Assembly: GCF_006345805.1 (NCBI RefSeq) | Contig: NC_043015.1 | Coordinates: forward strand, 50,034,001-50,098,000 | Reading direction: 5' to 3' | Origin: Octopus sinensis | Taxonomy: Eukaryota | DNA length: 64,000 nucleotides | Shown: piece after piece, positions 36,556-50,230 of the stretch | Numbering within the stretch: the stretch's first letter is position 1 | How the letters are laid out: each line of letters starts with the position of its first letter | Notes under the pieces: model-generated | Databases searched by the model: none | What the model was told of the DNA's origin: nothing | The model's input: only the letters and a program-made list of their open reading frames with translations | Made by a program: the position numbers and the translations under genes

Positions 36556-39500
36556 TATATATATATATATATTTATTCATATATATATATTTTCACATAT
36601 ATATATATAAGTACACACATACTTGCATAAGAGCCTAGAAATGCTAAGATTTTCTTAGAGAATGCAAGTGTCAGATACGTGCCTTCCAAATCCAATCTAT
36701 TAGCAGCTTGGTGCCATTTCAAAAATTCTCCATCTGAGATTCTGTGAACAGATGCACTCATACACTTGGTTGTGTATATCGACAAGGACACACATATAAA
36801 AAGCAATGATGCACACATATGCATACACACACACACACACGCATATCACACACACATACACACATTACACACACACATACACATATACACATGTGCACAC
36901 ACACACAAGCACACAAAGATCTAAATATTAAAGAGACATATTCACACTATTTGGAAGTACAGGTGTATAAGTACAGGTGTATAAGTACAGGTGTACATAC
37001 CACCAACCATAAGTATAGGTGTATATACCTTCATATACACACTCACAGACTCGACTACATATTTATGTATTTACAAACCTTGCAAACTCTCTTAACTTGA
37101 AAAGTCTTGCTACTTTATTAACAATTGGCTTGAATTCTGTCAAGAAGAACTTAAGTAAAACATGAAGAAAATTATATATATGGGTGAGGCTGCGTGGTAA
37201 GAAGTTTGCTCCCCAATTACATGGCTCTGGGTTCAATTCTACTATGTGGCGCCTTGGGCAAGTATATCTTCTGCTATAGTCCCAGAGCCAACCAAAGGCT
37301 TGTGTGTGGATTTGGTAGACGGAAACTGGAAGAAGCCCATCATACATACATATATATGCATGTGTGTGTGTGTGTGCGTGTGTGCATGTGTTCATGTGTG
37401 TGTGCATGTGTTTATGTGTGTGCATGTGCATATGTTCGTGTGTGTGTGTGTGTGTGCGCGCATGTGTGTATGTGTTCATGTGTGTGTGCATGTGCATATG
37501 TTCGTGTGTGTGTGTGTGTGTGTGTGTGTGCAAAAATGAATATGTGAGAGCATTTGTGAGTGTGTAAGTTTGCGTGTATGAGTGCACTTGTCTGAGTGCA
37601 AGTGAATATGTGAGCAGGAGTGAGTGTGTGTGTATGCATGTGTGTCTGTGAAAGTGTGTGTGCTTGTGCATGAGTGTGTATGTATCTGTGTGTGAGTACA
37701 TGTGTGTGCATGTCTGAGTAGGGGTGTACGTAAACATGCGAGCGATGGTGTGTGCACGTGTATCTTTCTATATTTAAGCAGATCAGCTTGCAATATGCAT
37801 TTACAGCATTGTATGTGCATATATGTATGCACGCATGTATGTATACGTGTGTGAGTAATGCATCAGAGGTAGAAAGACAGATAAAGAGAGAGAGAGAGAG
37901 GGAGAGAGAGAAAGAGCGAGGTATGACTAAAAATATATGTCATCAATATCTATAATTGGCTCTGACAGAGAATGTTATTATTAATATTTTATTTATCAAT
38001 ATTTTTCGTAGAGATATTGATGCAGTCGCTCATGCGTGAAGTCTTTTGGCTGATTCTGATGTCTGTCTTTGCTTTCTTTCTGTTTTTTTTTTGTTTTGTT
38101 TTTTTATCAGGGCTGAGGTTGATTTTGACTGAGTTAATACCTTCCATCCTTGACACCCTCTACTGAAGAAGCTATTTAAATATATAAGCCGGTGCTCCAG
38201 AATGGCTGCAGTCCAGCAACTGAAACCAGGGAAACAATAAAAGGAGATATATATATGTGTGTGTGTGTGTGTGTGTATGTAAAAACACACACACACAGAT
38301 ATATATATATATCTCCTTTTGCTCTCTTTTACTTGTTTCAGTCATTTGACTGTGGCCATGCTGGAGCACCGCCTTTAGTCGACCAAATCGACCCCACGAC
38401 TTATTCTTTGTAAGCCTAGTACTTATTCTATCGGTGTCTTTTGCCGAACTGATAAGTTACAGGGACGTAAACACACCAGCATCGGTTGTCAAGCAATGTT
38501 GGGGGGGGGGGACAAACACAGACACACAAACATACATATACACAGATACATACACATACATATATATATATATACATATATATACGACGGGCTTCTTTCA
38601 GTTTCCGTCTACCATATCTATTCACAAGGCTTTGGTCGGCCTAAGCCTATAGTAGAAGACACTTGCCCAAGGTGCCACGTAGTGGGACTGAACCCAGAAC
38701 CATGTGGTTTGCAAGCAAGCTACTTACCACACATATATATCATCATCATCATCATCTGACATTTGTTTATCTGTTTTCCATGCTGGCATGGGTTATACAC
38801 ATATGCATATATATACACAAATATACATATATATATACATACATGCATCCATATACATATATACTTGCATACATACACAGTGTGTGTGTGTGTGTGCTTA
38901 AGTGTGTGGGAAGCTATTGATTTGAGTATGTATGAGAAAACAAATACAAGCAAGAGTGCATGTGTGTGTGTATCTGTGTACGTGTGTAAGTCTGTGCATG
39001 TGTGTGTGTGTGTCTGCGCAAGTGTGTGAGTCTGTGCATGTGTGCTAGTATATGTGTGTGTTTGATATCCATGTGTGGCGAGGGAGAGTGGGAGAGAGAA
39101 AGAGAGAGAGAGAAATGAGGGAGAGAGGTGAGAGAGAGCGAAGTGAGGGAGAGAGGTGACAGAGAGAGGGTGACAGAGAGGTGAGGGAGAAAGTGAGGGA
39201 GAGCGAGAGAGAGGGAGAGGGAGAGAGAAAAGTGATTTTGCATTAGTCTTTGAAACAGAGAAAGGTATATGTGCAGATATATGCATCAACGATCGATCGT
39301 CACTGAGATTGATAGGCAAGCTGACAGACAGACAGGCAGGCTGACAGGCAGGCAGGCATGCAGACAGACAGACAGACAGATATACAAGTCTGACAGAGAG
39401 TCTTATTTAAGTTGTATGCTCGGAATAAAATAGGATATATTAGTATATATACATATGTAAATGATGTAGAGTTAAGGTGTGTAAGGTGTATATGAGAATT

Positions 39501-39647
39501 TGTGTGTGTGTGTGTGTGTGTGTGGAAGTGTGTCGTGTTCAAAATAGAACAGGTATATTTGCACACGTGTTTGAGTGTGAGAAAAAGATCTAATTACAAA
39601 GAGAGCTTGTGTGCGGTTGAAAATGTAACTAGCTGAATGTGTGTGCT

Positions 39648-39679
<32 letters not shown>

Positions 39680-42261
39680 CATGTGTGTGTGCATGTGTGT
39701 GTGTGTGCGTGTGTGTGTGAGGTTGGTAAATGAGGGAAAAAGACTAACAAGTTGTGTGTGTGTGTGTATTTTGTTTTAAGTGGAACAGCTAACAGTTCAC
39801 AACTTTATGTATATGTGTGTACATGCATCTGTGTGTGTGTGAGTATGTGAACATGTGGAGAAAGAAAGACAGAGAGAAAGTGTAAGAGAGACAGAGAGAA
39901 AGTGTAAAAGAGTCAGAGAGAAAGATTAAGATAGACAGAGAGACAGAGTAAGCAGGAGACAGAGAAAGAGAGAGAGAGTGGCAGAAGGTGTATGGTTGCT
40001 AATATGCCTCAGAATGTTTATAGTTATCTGTTATAGTTATCTGTGAAGTTTAAGTCTTTTACTATTTTTCATTGGTTTATTGGACCAACGGGAGAGCAAT
40101 ATATCTCAAATCCTGGCCATAGAAATGGAATGCTGTCCAGACTATTTCCTCAGAAAAATTTAACCACAAAAAAACCCTATCTCTCTCTCCCTCCCCCCCT
40201 CTCTCTTTCCATACAGAAATTTACCCAAGTAAAATTCATCATTGTCTACTCTTGTTTCAGTTAGTCTTCATACAAGAAACATTATAACTGAATGAGATAT
40301 CGATTTGCTGTATCTCTTTTCCACAAAGTTTCCGACCACATTCATTGATACCCTCCAACTTATTTCTCTTTTTATCATCAAAATTTTAACATTCTCACTA
40401 CGCATGAAACTTTAGGAAGAACTTTATTTGAAGAACACATGCCTCATGCTACTTCTACAATGCATTACCCACCACCAAAAAAAAAAACAATCTGGAAACT
40501 GTTAAATTCTCTGTATAAATTTCTGTTGTACTCAGACTTTGGGAAGCAAACATGATCTGTTTTACCATGTTGAATTATTGTACCACTTAAGCTGGTTGAG
40601 GTCAAACTTCTAGTGATATACAGAAAATAAAAATTATGAAATTATATACTTAATTGTCATTGTACCTAATATGTTTATTTTCAACATTGGTAACCTCACA
40701 TTTCAATCAAACAGCCTTTGTCTGTTTATAGCTACAGAGATTAATCCATTCATAATGTAGTGTTCCGGAAGAATCTAAAATGTAATGCACCTGTTTTTTG
40801 TGCTTCTAATAAACATGCAATTTTAGCCATATTGTGAAGAGGAAACACAGTGGTTCTGCCATTTTGCATCACATTTCAAATTACCCAAAAATTCTGCATA
40901 GCAGTACATTATAAATTAGCCTTTCACACTTACCCTACAATGTCATTCTAAAAAAATAAACAATCGCGTCATTGAAATATCAACGTAATACAAGGTAAAA
41001 CATGACCGATTTGTATCAAAGTGGACAAACAAGCATTACATTTGGCAGAGAAAGGTGAACAAGAGTTAAAGCTGTCATCTTTTAGGACAATGAGTAACCG
41101 AAACCAGAGGCCTTAGCAACAAATGCCACTAAACCGTTACGGTCTGAACTTGTCCACCATTAGGGGACATCAGCCCGGCTGTGATGCAACAGGCCCAATA
41201 CTGGTTCCTTCCACCGCCTCTCAGGTACTTTAACATAGAACAGTGACCTGCTCAATGCCTACATCACTCCAACTAGCAGAAAGCATGATGAGATCATAGA
41301 TAGCAAGAATATGTGTCAGCTCAAAAACTGTTGCCAAAACTTTTCAACTTTTGCAGTTGCTGATTTATAATGCAGGACTCTAAAACAAACAACCTCACTT
41401 TACAAACTGGTTGGGCTTTCACCAGAGAACATATGGTTGCCAGTAAGGTAAACGTAAGTAATGTATACATCATCATCATCATCATTTAACGTCCGCTTTC
41501 CATGCTAGCATGGGTTGGATGATTTGATTGGCGAACCAGATGGCTGCACCAGGTTTCAATCTGATCTGGCAGAGTTTCTACAACTGGATGCCCTTCCTAA
41601 CACCAACCACTCTAAGAATGTAGTGGGTGCTTTTACATGCCACCGGCATGAGGGCTGGGCTGGTCAGGCGGTACTGGCAACAGCCATGCTCAAATGGTAT
41701 TTTTTACATGCCACCTGCACAGGAGCCAGTCCAGCAGCACTTGCAACAACCTCGCTCAAATGTTTTTTCACGTGCCAGTAAGGCGATGCTGGTAATGATC
41801 ACTCTCGAGTGATGCTTTTTATGTGCCACTGGCATGGAAGCTAGCCAGTTGTTCTGGCAACAATCATGCTTGGATGGTGCTCTTAGCAATTCTCTAGCAC
41901 AGATACCAGTCATTGAATTTGATTTTGATTGATATATATATATATATAGTTGAAATTTATAAATAAACAAAAGATGAAGGTAAGTGTATGAGCAACAGGC
42001 AAGTGTATTAGTTTGATGCTCAGGAAAAATGAAAAGATCTTTTATGTTTTGAGCCTGTGCTCTTCAACAGAAAGGAATAAGAAAAAAATAAACAGAGAGA
42101 GAATGAAAAAAACTTGCAGATTTCAGAGGTCCATATATATATATATTCTTTTATTCTTTTATTTGTTTCAGTCATTTGACTGTGGCCATGCCGAAGAACT
42201 GCCTTTAGTCGAACAAATCAACCCCAGGATATATTCTTTGTAAGCCTAGTACTAATTCTCA

Positions 42262-42924
42262 TCAGCATAGAGGAGCTCCCAGGGGCAATCTGTCTTGAAT
42301 TCCTCTGTTTTTGCCTGGAGGACTATGATGAATAGAAGGGGACTGAGCCTTGGTGGATGCCAACTTCTACCTGGAATTCTTCACTGTACTCATTGCCAAT
42401 CCTAACCTTACTAACAGCCTCTCTGTAAAGGGCCTGTACAGCCCTTATTAACCATTCGTCAATCTCCAGTTTCCACATCGCCCACCAGATAAGAGATCGT
42501 GGACCCTGTCAAAGGCTTTCTCCAAGTCCGCAAAAGCTAAGTATAGTGGTTTATCTTTGGCTAGGTATTTCTCCTGCAGTTGTCGAACCAGGAATATGAC
42601 ATCAGTGGTGCTTCTACCCGGCACAAAACCGAACTGCATCTCATCTAAGCAGACTCTCTCCCTAATGAGATGGGCTATGACCCTCTCTGTGACCTTCATC
42701 ACCTGATCCAACAGTTTAATACCCCTGTAGTTATTTCTATCTAGAGAATCACCTTTATCCTTGTAGCAGTTGACTATGGTGCTGCTACGCCAGTCATTGG
42801 GTATGACACCATTATGAACTACCTGTTTTACAATGCAGGTGACTAGACCGTAGCCCACACCACCAGATGTTTTAATCATCTCAGCAGTGATTCCTGATGG
42901 GCCGGGGGCTTTTGCTGGCTTCAT
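42262..42924 (-). pseudogene. RTE-clade reverse transcriptase fragment
   Basis: KAPGPSGITAEMIK..NYRGIKLL..MQFGFVPGRSTTD..AFADLEKAFDRV; after a frameshift ..GIHQGSV..WELLYADE, cut by a SINE. Confidence 0.92.
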
Positions 42925-43012
42925 ACCCTTAATTGCTTACACATATATATCCCTTTTGTTGCCATATTTCTGTTGAAATACACTGCCTTTGTTTTCTGAA
43001 AATAATGATAGT

Positions 43013-43183
43013 ATCTCTTATCTGGTGGGCGATCTGGAAACTGGAGATTGATGAATGGTTAATAAGGGCTGTACAGGCCCTTTACAGAGAGGCTGTTAGT
43101 AAGGTTAGGATTGGCAATGAGTACAGGGAAGAATTCCAAGTAGAATTAGTCCAACCCATGCTAGCATGGAAAGCGGACGCTAA

Positions 43184-43213
<30 letters not shown>
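43013..43213 (+). mobile_element. Inverted RTE RT piece fused to the RTE 3' tail
   Basis: 43013-43145 is the reverse complement of 42365-42497 (about four substitutions), joined directly to gtccaacccatgctagcatggaaagcggacgctaaa(tga)n. Confidence 0.85.
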
Positions 43214-43215
<2 letters not shown>

Positions 43216-43246
43216 TGAATATATATGTGTGTGTGTGTATGTATAT

Positions 43247-43430
43247 AATCAAAATAAGCAACAAAGATATCCAGAGATAATGTAGTACGATCGTTTCATG
43301 TAACTCCATTTAATTGAACAATACTATCATTACATCAATTGATGCAATGATTGCATTGTTCAATCAAATGGAGTGGCATGAAACAATCCTACTGCATTAC
43401 CTCTGGATATCTTTGTTGTTTATTTTGATT
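43247..43430. repeat. Loop-less fold-back palindrome (92-bp arms) related to the 29257 family
   Basis: Centre catcaa|ttgatg at 43338/43339. Confidence 0.9.
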
Positions 43431-43513
43431 TTAATCACCATACTTTGAAATTGTATGGATAATATACCGTACTGTATTCTGGTGCCTCAACTTAAGTACC
43501 ATATTCATCTGAA

Positions 43514-43547
<34 letters not shown>

Positions 43548-43594
43548 ATACATATATATATATGTATGTATGTATGTATATATATATATGCATG

Positions 43595-43656
<62 letters not shown>

Positions 43657-43688
43657 TATGTATGTATGTGTGTATGGATGTATGTATG

Positions 43689-43722
<34 letters not shown>

Positions 43723-44359
43723 GGTATGTATGTATGTATATACACATATATATCGCTTTTGTTGCCATATTTCTGTTGAAATACACCGCCTTTGTTTTCT
43801 GAAAATAATGAAGAATTTATTGAAATAACTGTCATTAACAAACTTGTGTTTGGAATGTTAATTAACATGTAATTTTGCTGGAAGATTTTAATTCAGATCA
43901 TTTCAAAAACAGAATATTTCTGACGTAGAACCAGAGAACAGTTTTAGGTGGGTTGGTATCAAAAGCAGTGTGTTTATAAATATACATAAAGAGAGAGAGG
44001 GAGGGAGAAGATAATTTAGTATATTCATCCCTACACACCTCTAATCTCCATCCCTGTCACTGTGCATCCCTTATTTCTCATATTTATGGTTTTATTATAC
44101 TGCTGCTCTCTGCCCATTTCATGTTTTTGTACAACCATTTATAACCTCCTCTTCTCTGACCCTTACTATTTGTTTTACTATCCCCTTTCCCCAAAACTGA
44201 CCATGCTTCCATCCTTGCTCATCATTCACTGCATTAGCTGCTTCCTAATCTTTAACCACCTGTCACTCTCCTTCCATGCTCTTGCAAATTTACTCACTCA
44301 CACTTCCCGATCATCTGTCCCTACACTCACTTATATTCACCTTTAACCCTAAAGGTAAC

Positions 44360-44781
44360 GCTGGATTAACCATTAAGCAAAATAAGCATGTGCTTAGGGC
44401 ATCAAGGGAAAGAGGGGGCACCACAGAAATGGTAAATGGTTTACAGCACAAATGAAATCACTTTAAACTTGCTGAAATAAAATTCAGGATGCCTTTATCT
44501 CTACTAAGTATAGATGCAGATGTGTTACCTAAGATTAATTTTGAGGATCTGATCAAAGATATTGCAATTCAAAAAAGTAGGAGGAAACTTTTCAAATATA
44601 AATAAAGTGGAAGTATACAAAAATAAACATTATTTTCCCTTTTACTGTTTTGTTTCGCTTTGAAAAATAAAAATTTATTTTATGGTTTGTTATTGTTTAT
44701 ATTTTAAATTACATAATCTTTTATAGGGGCACCAAAATCTTTTAGGTGCTTAAGGCCTCGATAGGTCTCAGTCTGGCCCTG
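44360..44781. mobile_element. Uninterrupted copy of the MITE-like element at 1127-3642
   Basis: Direct sequence similarity. Confidence 0.7.
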
Positions 44782-45220
44782 CTTGAAGGAACACACTAAC
44801 ACCTCATTACCATCATCTTTTCACTCTTTCCATCTGGGGTAGCCTTGTATTTCCTCTGCAGCATGACACCTGTTCTCGTCTCTCCATTATATTTTAACTT
44901 CTCCTCACCTGGCATGAAGCTACCTTTGACAATACCACACCAACATTCCTATTCAGCCAATCGGTCTTGACTTACATTACTTGGTTACCTCACTAGTGCT
45001 GGTGCCACGGATAAAACACCCAGTAAACTGTGTAAAATGGTTGACATTAGGAAGGGCAACTAGTCATAGAAACCATGCCAAAGTAGACACAGGAGCTCAA
45101 TTTAGCTCTCTGGCTTGTCACACCATCCAATACATGCCAACATGGAAGAGAAACAGTAAATGATGATTATGATCGTCGTGTTATATTTATGTATGTGAGT
45201 ATATGTATCTACATGTAGAC

Positions 45221-46014
45221 TAGGGGTTGCCAAACTTTTTCGACCATCGACCCCCTTTAGCCACTTCTGCATCAACCCACTTTAGCCACTTCTTCCGCAT
45301 CGCCCACCCTCCTCATTTAAAATATCTTAATACCCTACCATACCATATCTTAAATGCATACTGGGTAATCAACATCATCATCATCGTTTAATGTCCGCTT
45401 TCCATGCTAGCATAGGTTGGACTGAGGACTGGTGAGCCAGATGGCTGCACCAGGCTCCAATCTTGATCTGGCAGAGTTTCGACAGATGGATGCCCTTTGT
45501 AACACCAACCACTCTGAGAGTGTTGGGGGTGCTTTTACGTGCCACCGGCATGAAGGCCGGTCAGGTGGTACTGGCAACAGCCATGCTCAAATGGTGTTTT
45601 TTACATGCCACCTGCACAGGAGCCAGTCCAGCAGCACTGGCAAGAACCTCGCTCAAATGTTTTTTTTTGTACTGAAGATGGCAATTAAAATCTTAGCTAA
45701 AATATATATGTACAACAAATTAAGAAATTCTATTGAAGACTTTTAAAACTACGTGTACAAGTATACAGTATTAAACTTTCAATTTCTATGAAATTGTTTC
45801 CATGGTTAGAAAGTTTGAAAAACGCACCATATTGCTGGATTATCTTTTATTGAAATTCACAAAATCAATGTGTGGGATGGGCATGGCACTGGCTAAGTAT
45901 TTCAAGCAGTCCATCTAGGTGAGCTGATCTTTCGCATGCCGACCCCCATTCGACCCCCTCCTGTTATCCCCGCCAACACATAGGGGTCCCTTGGACTCCT
46001 TCTGGCGACCCCTG
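45221..46014. mobile_element. hAT-type non-autonomous transposon with nested RTE end
   Basis: TIR taggggttgcca / tggcgacccctg; 8-bp TSD atgtagac (45213-45220) and gtgtagac (46015-46022). Confidence 0.75.
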
Positions 46015-46050
46015 GTGTAGACAGACAAACAGACAAATAGACAGAAACAC

Positions 46051-46095
<45 letters not shown>

Positions 46096-46423
46096 TAACG
46101 TACAGATATTCAACATGGGTTTCAAATATTTTGAGGCACAAGGTCAACAATTTTGAGGGCAGGGAGTAAGTCAATCATATCGACCTCAATAATCAACCAG
46201 TTCTTATTTTATCAACCCCAAAAGGATGAAAGGTAAAGTCGACCTCGGCAGAATTTGAACTCACAGCCATAAAGACATTAAATGCCACTAAGCATTTTGC
46301 TCAGCGTGCTAACGATTCTGCCAGCTCGCCTCCTTGCAGACACTCAACATTGACAACATGTACCATGCAAACTAATTATTTGGGTACATTAATGTTTGTA
46401 TATGTGTGTGTATGTGTATGAGT

Positions 46424-46461
<38 letters not shown>

Positions 46462-46639
46462 ATAATAAATATTAGGGAATAAATCCAAAATTACAGGGAA
46501 AAAAAATCAGATTTAGGATTAAATCCAATTTATAGAAAAATATATAATATTAATTCGAGACAATAAGTCTTTCCTGTTTGATTTGCAAAATAGTGGTTTT
46601 GTCTCAAATTAATAGTATATATATATTATATTATAGATA

Positions 46640-46739
46640 NNNNNNNNNNNNNNNNNNNNNNNNNNNNNNNNNNNNNNNNNNNNNNNNNNNNNNNNNNNNN
46701 NNNNNNNNNNNNNNNNNNNNNNNNNNNNNNNNNNNNNNN
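46640..46739. other. Assembly gap (100 N)
   Basis: Run of N; true length and the relative orientation of the flanks are unknown. Confidence 1.
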
Positions 46740-47139
46740 AAGTGAGGAAAGGCTGTGAACTGTGTCAATCCCACTCACTAAGCAACAGCAGCCAGAATCC
46801 GAAAAGAAGAACAAGTCAACATCAGCGGTAACCACTGAGCTGCAGTTTTATGTCGGGTTATCCCAGTTACCTGAGTTACCGTCCTAGAAGGATGCCCTAA
46901 CAAGGCTAGGAGTCCTTCACTCCCAATGGTTTATCGCGCGATCGGGTATTCAATCCGATTATTTCTATGTCCCCGCGCATGATACAGCCTTAAGACATTT
47001 ATTAGATGATCGTTGACTCTCAAGAGTTCCTCCGCTCTTTGACGGTTTTTGTTTTTCATCCCGCAGGGTGTCCAATAAGCACAAAGATAACAAAAAAAAA
47101 GAAAATACCTACAGGTGAAGCTGACCATATCGAGACCGA

Positions 47140-47530
47140 TGGGTCAAGAGAATATTGAGGGAACTTAAAAATTAAAACCGCCAATAAGTTAAAACACAAC
47201 CACCTAGATATAGTTGTGTTGGACCACAAGGAAAATATATGTTCTGTTGTGGAAACCAGCTGTCCTTTGTATACCAATATGATCAGAAAAATCAAGGGAA
47301 AGAGGACATCTATGGACCATCGATAAGGAATTTGTAAATCCAGTACCCAAGATACACTTTCAGCTTCATACTATTATTATTGGTTCAACAGGATACATAC
47401 TAACCCGTCTGGAGCAAAGCATGGTTGAACTTGTGATCTTGGGGAGAGAACGCAAATCCTTAATTTGTACGCGGCTTCTGGAACTATAAAATTTTTTGCA
47501 AGACCGTCTGTAGGTTTAAAGTATGATTAG
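47140..47530 (+). pseudogene. REL-endonuclease domain of an R4/Dong-like non-LTR element
   Basis: NLKIKTANKLKHNHLDIVVLDHKENICSVVETSCP..KEDIYGP..IIIGSTGYI, fitting HNRPDIV..(D/E)..P..K..IG..G; frameshifted. Confidence 0.65.
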
Positions 47531-48745
47531 TTAAAACGAAATGTTTTCCTTCACAACCTTGCTACCAAGTAGGTGGCCCGTCAAAATTAATTCGAAATGA
47601 AAAAAAAATTATTCTAAGTTTTAAAAAAAGAGAAGAACAAACAATCGAGGCGTAGGAGTGGCTGCGTGGTAAGTAGCTTGCTTACGAACCACACGGGCAA
47701 GTGTCTTCTACTATAGCCTCGGGCCGACCAAAGCCTTGTGAGTGGATTTTGTAGACGGAAACTGAAAGAAGCCCCGTCGTATATATATATATATATGTAT
47801 TATGTATATATATATGTATGTGTTTATATGTTTGTGTGTTTGTGTTTGTTCCCCCACCCAACATCGCTTGACAACTTAGCGGTTCGGCGAAAGAGACTGA
47901 TAGAATAAGTACTAGGCTTATAAAGAATATGTCCTGGGGTCGATTTGCTCGACTAAAGGTGGTGCTCCAGCATGGCAACAGTCAAATGACTGAAACAAGT
48001 AAAAGAGTGATCGAACGGAAACGAGCCTGGGCGGGTGTATGCATGCATTACAATTCTGATGGAACTGGAATCTTGGCAAACCGACCCGTGAACATAGGGA
48101 GGGCACCTGGTTGGTAACGACAACGAGGTCGACGATGATGATGATGATGATGATGATGATATGTATATTTATGTGTATATGTATGTGTAAATGAGGTTTT
48201 GTATGTATGTATATGTATGGGATTTCTTTGAAACCACTTGCTTTCAGAGCTCTGTCGTAAAGAGTGCGCGCGTGTGTGTGTGTACACCTCTGAAATCTGT
48301 CTCAGACCTACAGATGCCCGTAAAATTGGCAGGATAGGAGAATACATCGCGATATTCCTGCTCGCTCCACTGAAAATTGAAATCCTACCGAAGGCAGGGA
48401 ATTGGCGGACGAGATACTTTACGTTATCTGTTCCGGCTCTTGACATTCTGTGTTCAAATTCCTCAGATTACCTCTGGTCAGAGATAATCCCCAGTCTACG
48501 AGAACACAACTTGCAAAAAAGCTACTTTGTGGCTGTCAAATTAAGATTATTTCACACACGCACACACACACACAAAGGTGCTTCTGAGACGGGATCAGGC
48601 TGTTTCAGTCATGTAACTCCTACTAAGTGCATTGAGTTCCTCTTTCTCTCGTTTGTCCCCTCACACGTACCTATGTGAGTGTGTGTGTGTGTGTGCATGC
48701 ATGTATACTCTTGGTAAAAGAGTATATATACATACACACACAATA

Positions 48746-49002
48746 CTGGAGCACCGCCTTTAGTCCAACAAATCAGCCTCAGGACTTATTCTTTGTAAGC
48801 CTAGTACTTATTCTATCCGTCTCAATTGCCGAACCGCTAAGTTACGGAGACGTAAACATACCAACATCGGTTGTCAACAGATGGTGGTGTGTTTATGTCC
48901 CCATAACTTAGCGATTCGGCGAAAGAGACTGATAGAATAAGTACTAGGCTTACAAAGAATAAGTCCTGGGATCGATTTGCTCGACTAAAGGTGGTGCACC
49001 AG
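48746..49002. repeat. Fold-back palindrome made of SINE family 1 3' halves
   Basis: 128-bp arms around a 1-nt centre at 48874 (catcggttg-t-caacagatg). Confidence 0.9.
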
Positions 49003-49456
49003 CGTGGCCACAGTCAAATGACTGAAACAAGTAAAAGAGAGTACGCAGGAGTGGCTGTGTGGTAAGTAGCTTGCTAACCAACCACATGGTTCCGGGTTCA
49101 GTCCCACTGCGTGGCATCTTGGGCAAGTGTCTTCTGCTATAGCCCCGGGCCGACCAATGCCTTGTGAGTGGATTTGGTAGACGGAAACTGAAAGAAGCCT
49201 GTTGTATATATGTGTATATATATATATGTATGTGTGTATGTTTGTGTGTCTGTGTTTGTTCCCCTAGCATTGCTTGACAACCAATGCTGGTGTGCTTACG
49301 TCCCCATCACTTAGCGGTTCGGCAAAAGAGACCCATAGAATAAGTACTGGGCTTACAAAGAATAAGTCCCGGGGTCGATTTGTTCGACTAAAGGCGGTGC
49401 TCCAGCATGACCGCAGTCAAATGACTGAAACAAGTAAAAGAGTAAAGAGTAAAAGA

Positions 49457-49501
<45 letters not shown>

Positions 49502-49506
49502 TAGAG

Positions 49507-49563
<57 letters not shown>

Positions 49564-49769
49564 TCATAACATACAAGTACGCATAAGAATGTATGCATGT
49601 ATGTATGAAATATGTATGTACGTATGTATGTATGTATGTATGTACGTATGTGCGAGCGTGTCTGTGTGTGCGCGTGCGTGTGTGCGTTGTGCATGTTATA
49701 CACGCACCCTGAAATAAGAGTGCTTACGTAATATAAGCAGAAGGCATCAAATACGAAACCAAACCAAGC

Positions 49770-50230
49770 TTCGTTTTCACCTGACGGCACGTTAATTAAT
49801 AGGGCAGTCAACGACATGACGTCATTGCTGCAGTTCTGTCGTCATCAGTCACGTGACTCTCTACCTCATAGTTTTTTTGGGGTTGTTTCCAGAAGTAATT
49901 TGCGGATACGGTGGAATATTCACTCTTCCTTCCTTCTTTCCTTCATTTATTCACGCATTCATTTATTTATTTATTTTCTGTGTTTTTAAGATAACGAAGT
50001 ACAGGAAAAATATATATATTCGGTATCGACATAACGATAAAGTAGTAGCTTTTGTAGTAACCGTGATAGTTTCAAAGTTTGCATCTAATCAAAGTTCAAA
50101 TGCTGCAGAAGACGGCTTTGCCTTTCAACCTTTCAGGTGGAGTGGTGGTGGTGGTGGTGGTGGTGGTGGTGGGGTTTAAATTAAACAAAGCACCAGTCAA
50201 GTATTGGAGGCGAACCAATCGACTTGCCCC
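49770..50230. promoter_or_regulatory. Candidate promoter/enhancer
   Basis: CpG-retaining unique sequence with ATGACGTCAT (49816-49825, CRE-type), AGTCACGTGACT (49847-49858, CLEAR/USF-type E-box) and opposed CCAAT boxes near 50203-50220. No transcript evidence. Confidence 0.45.

Noticed and set aside
45667-45716. CTGAAGA-tggc..gct-AAAA-tatata hammerhead relic
   Set aside because: G12 is lost and the cleavage register is ambiguous; kept only as a decayed candidate.
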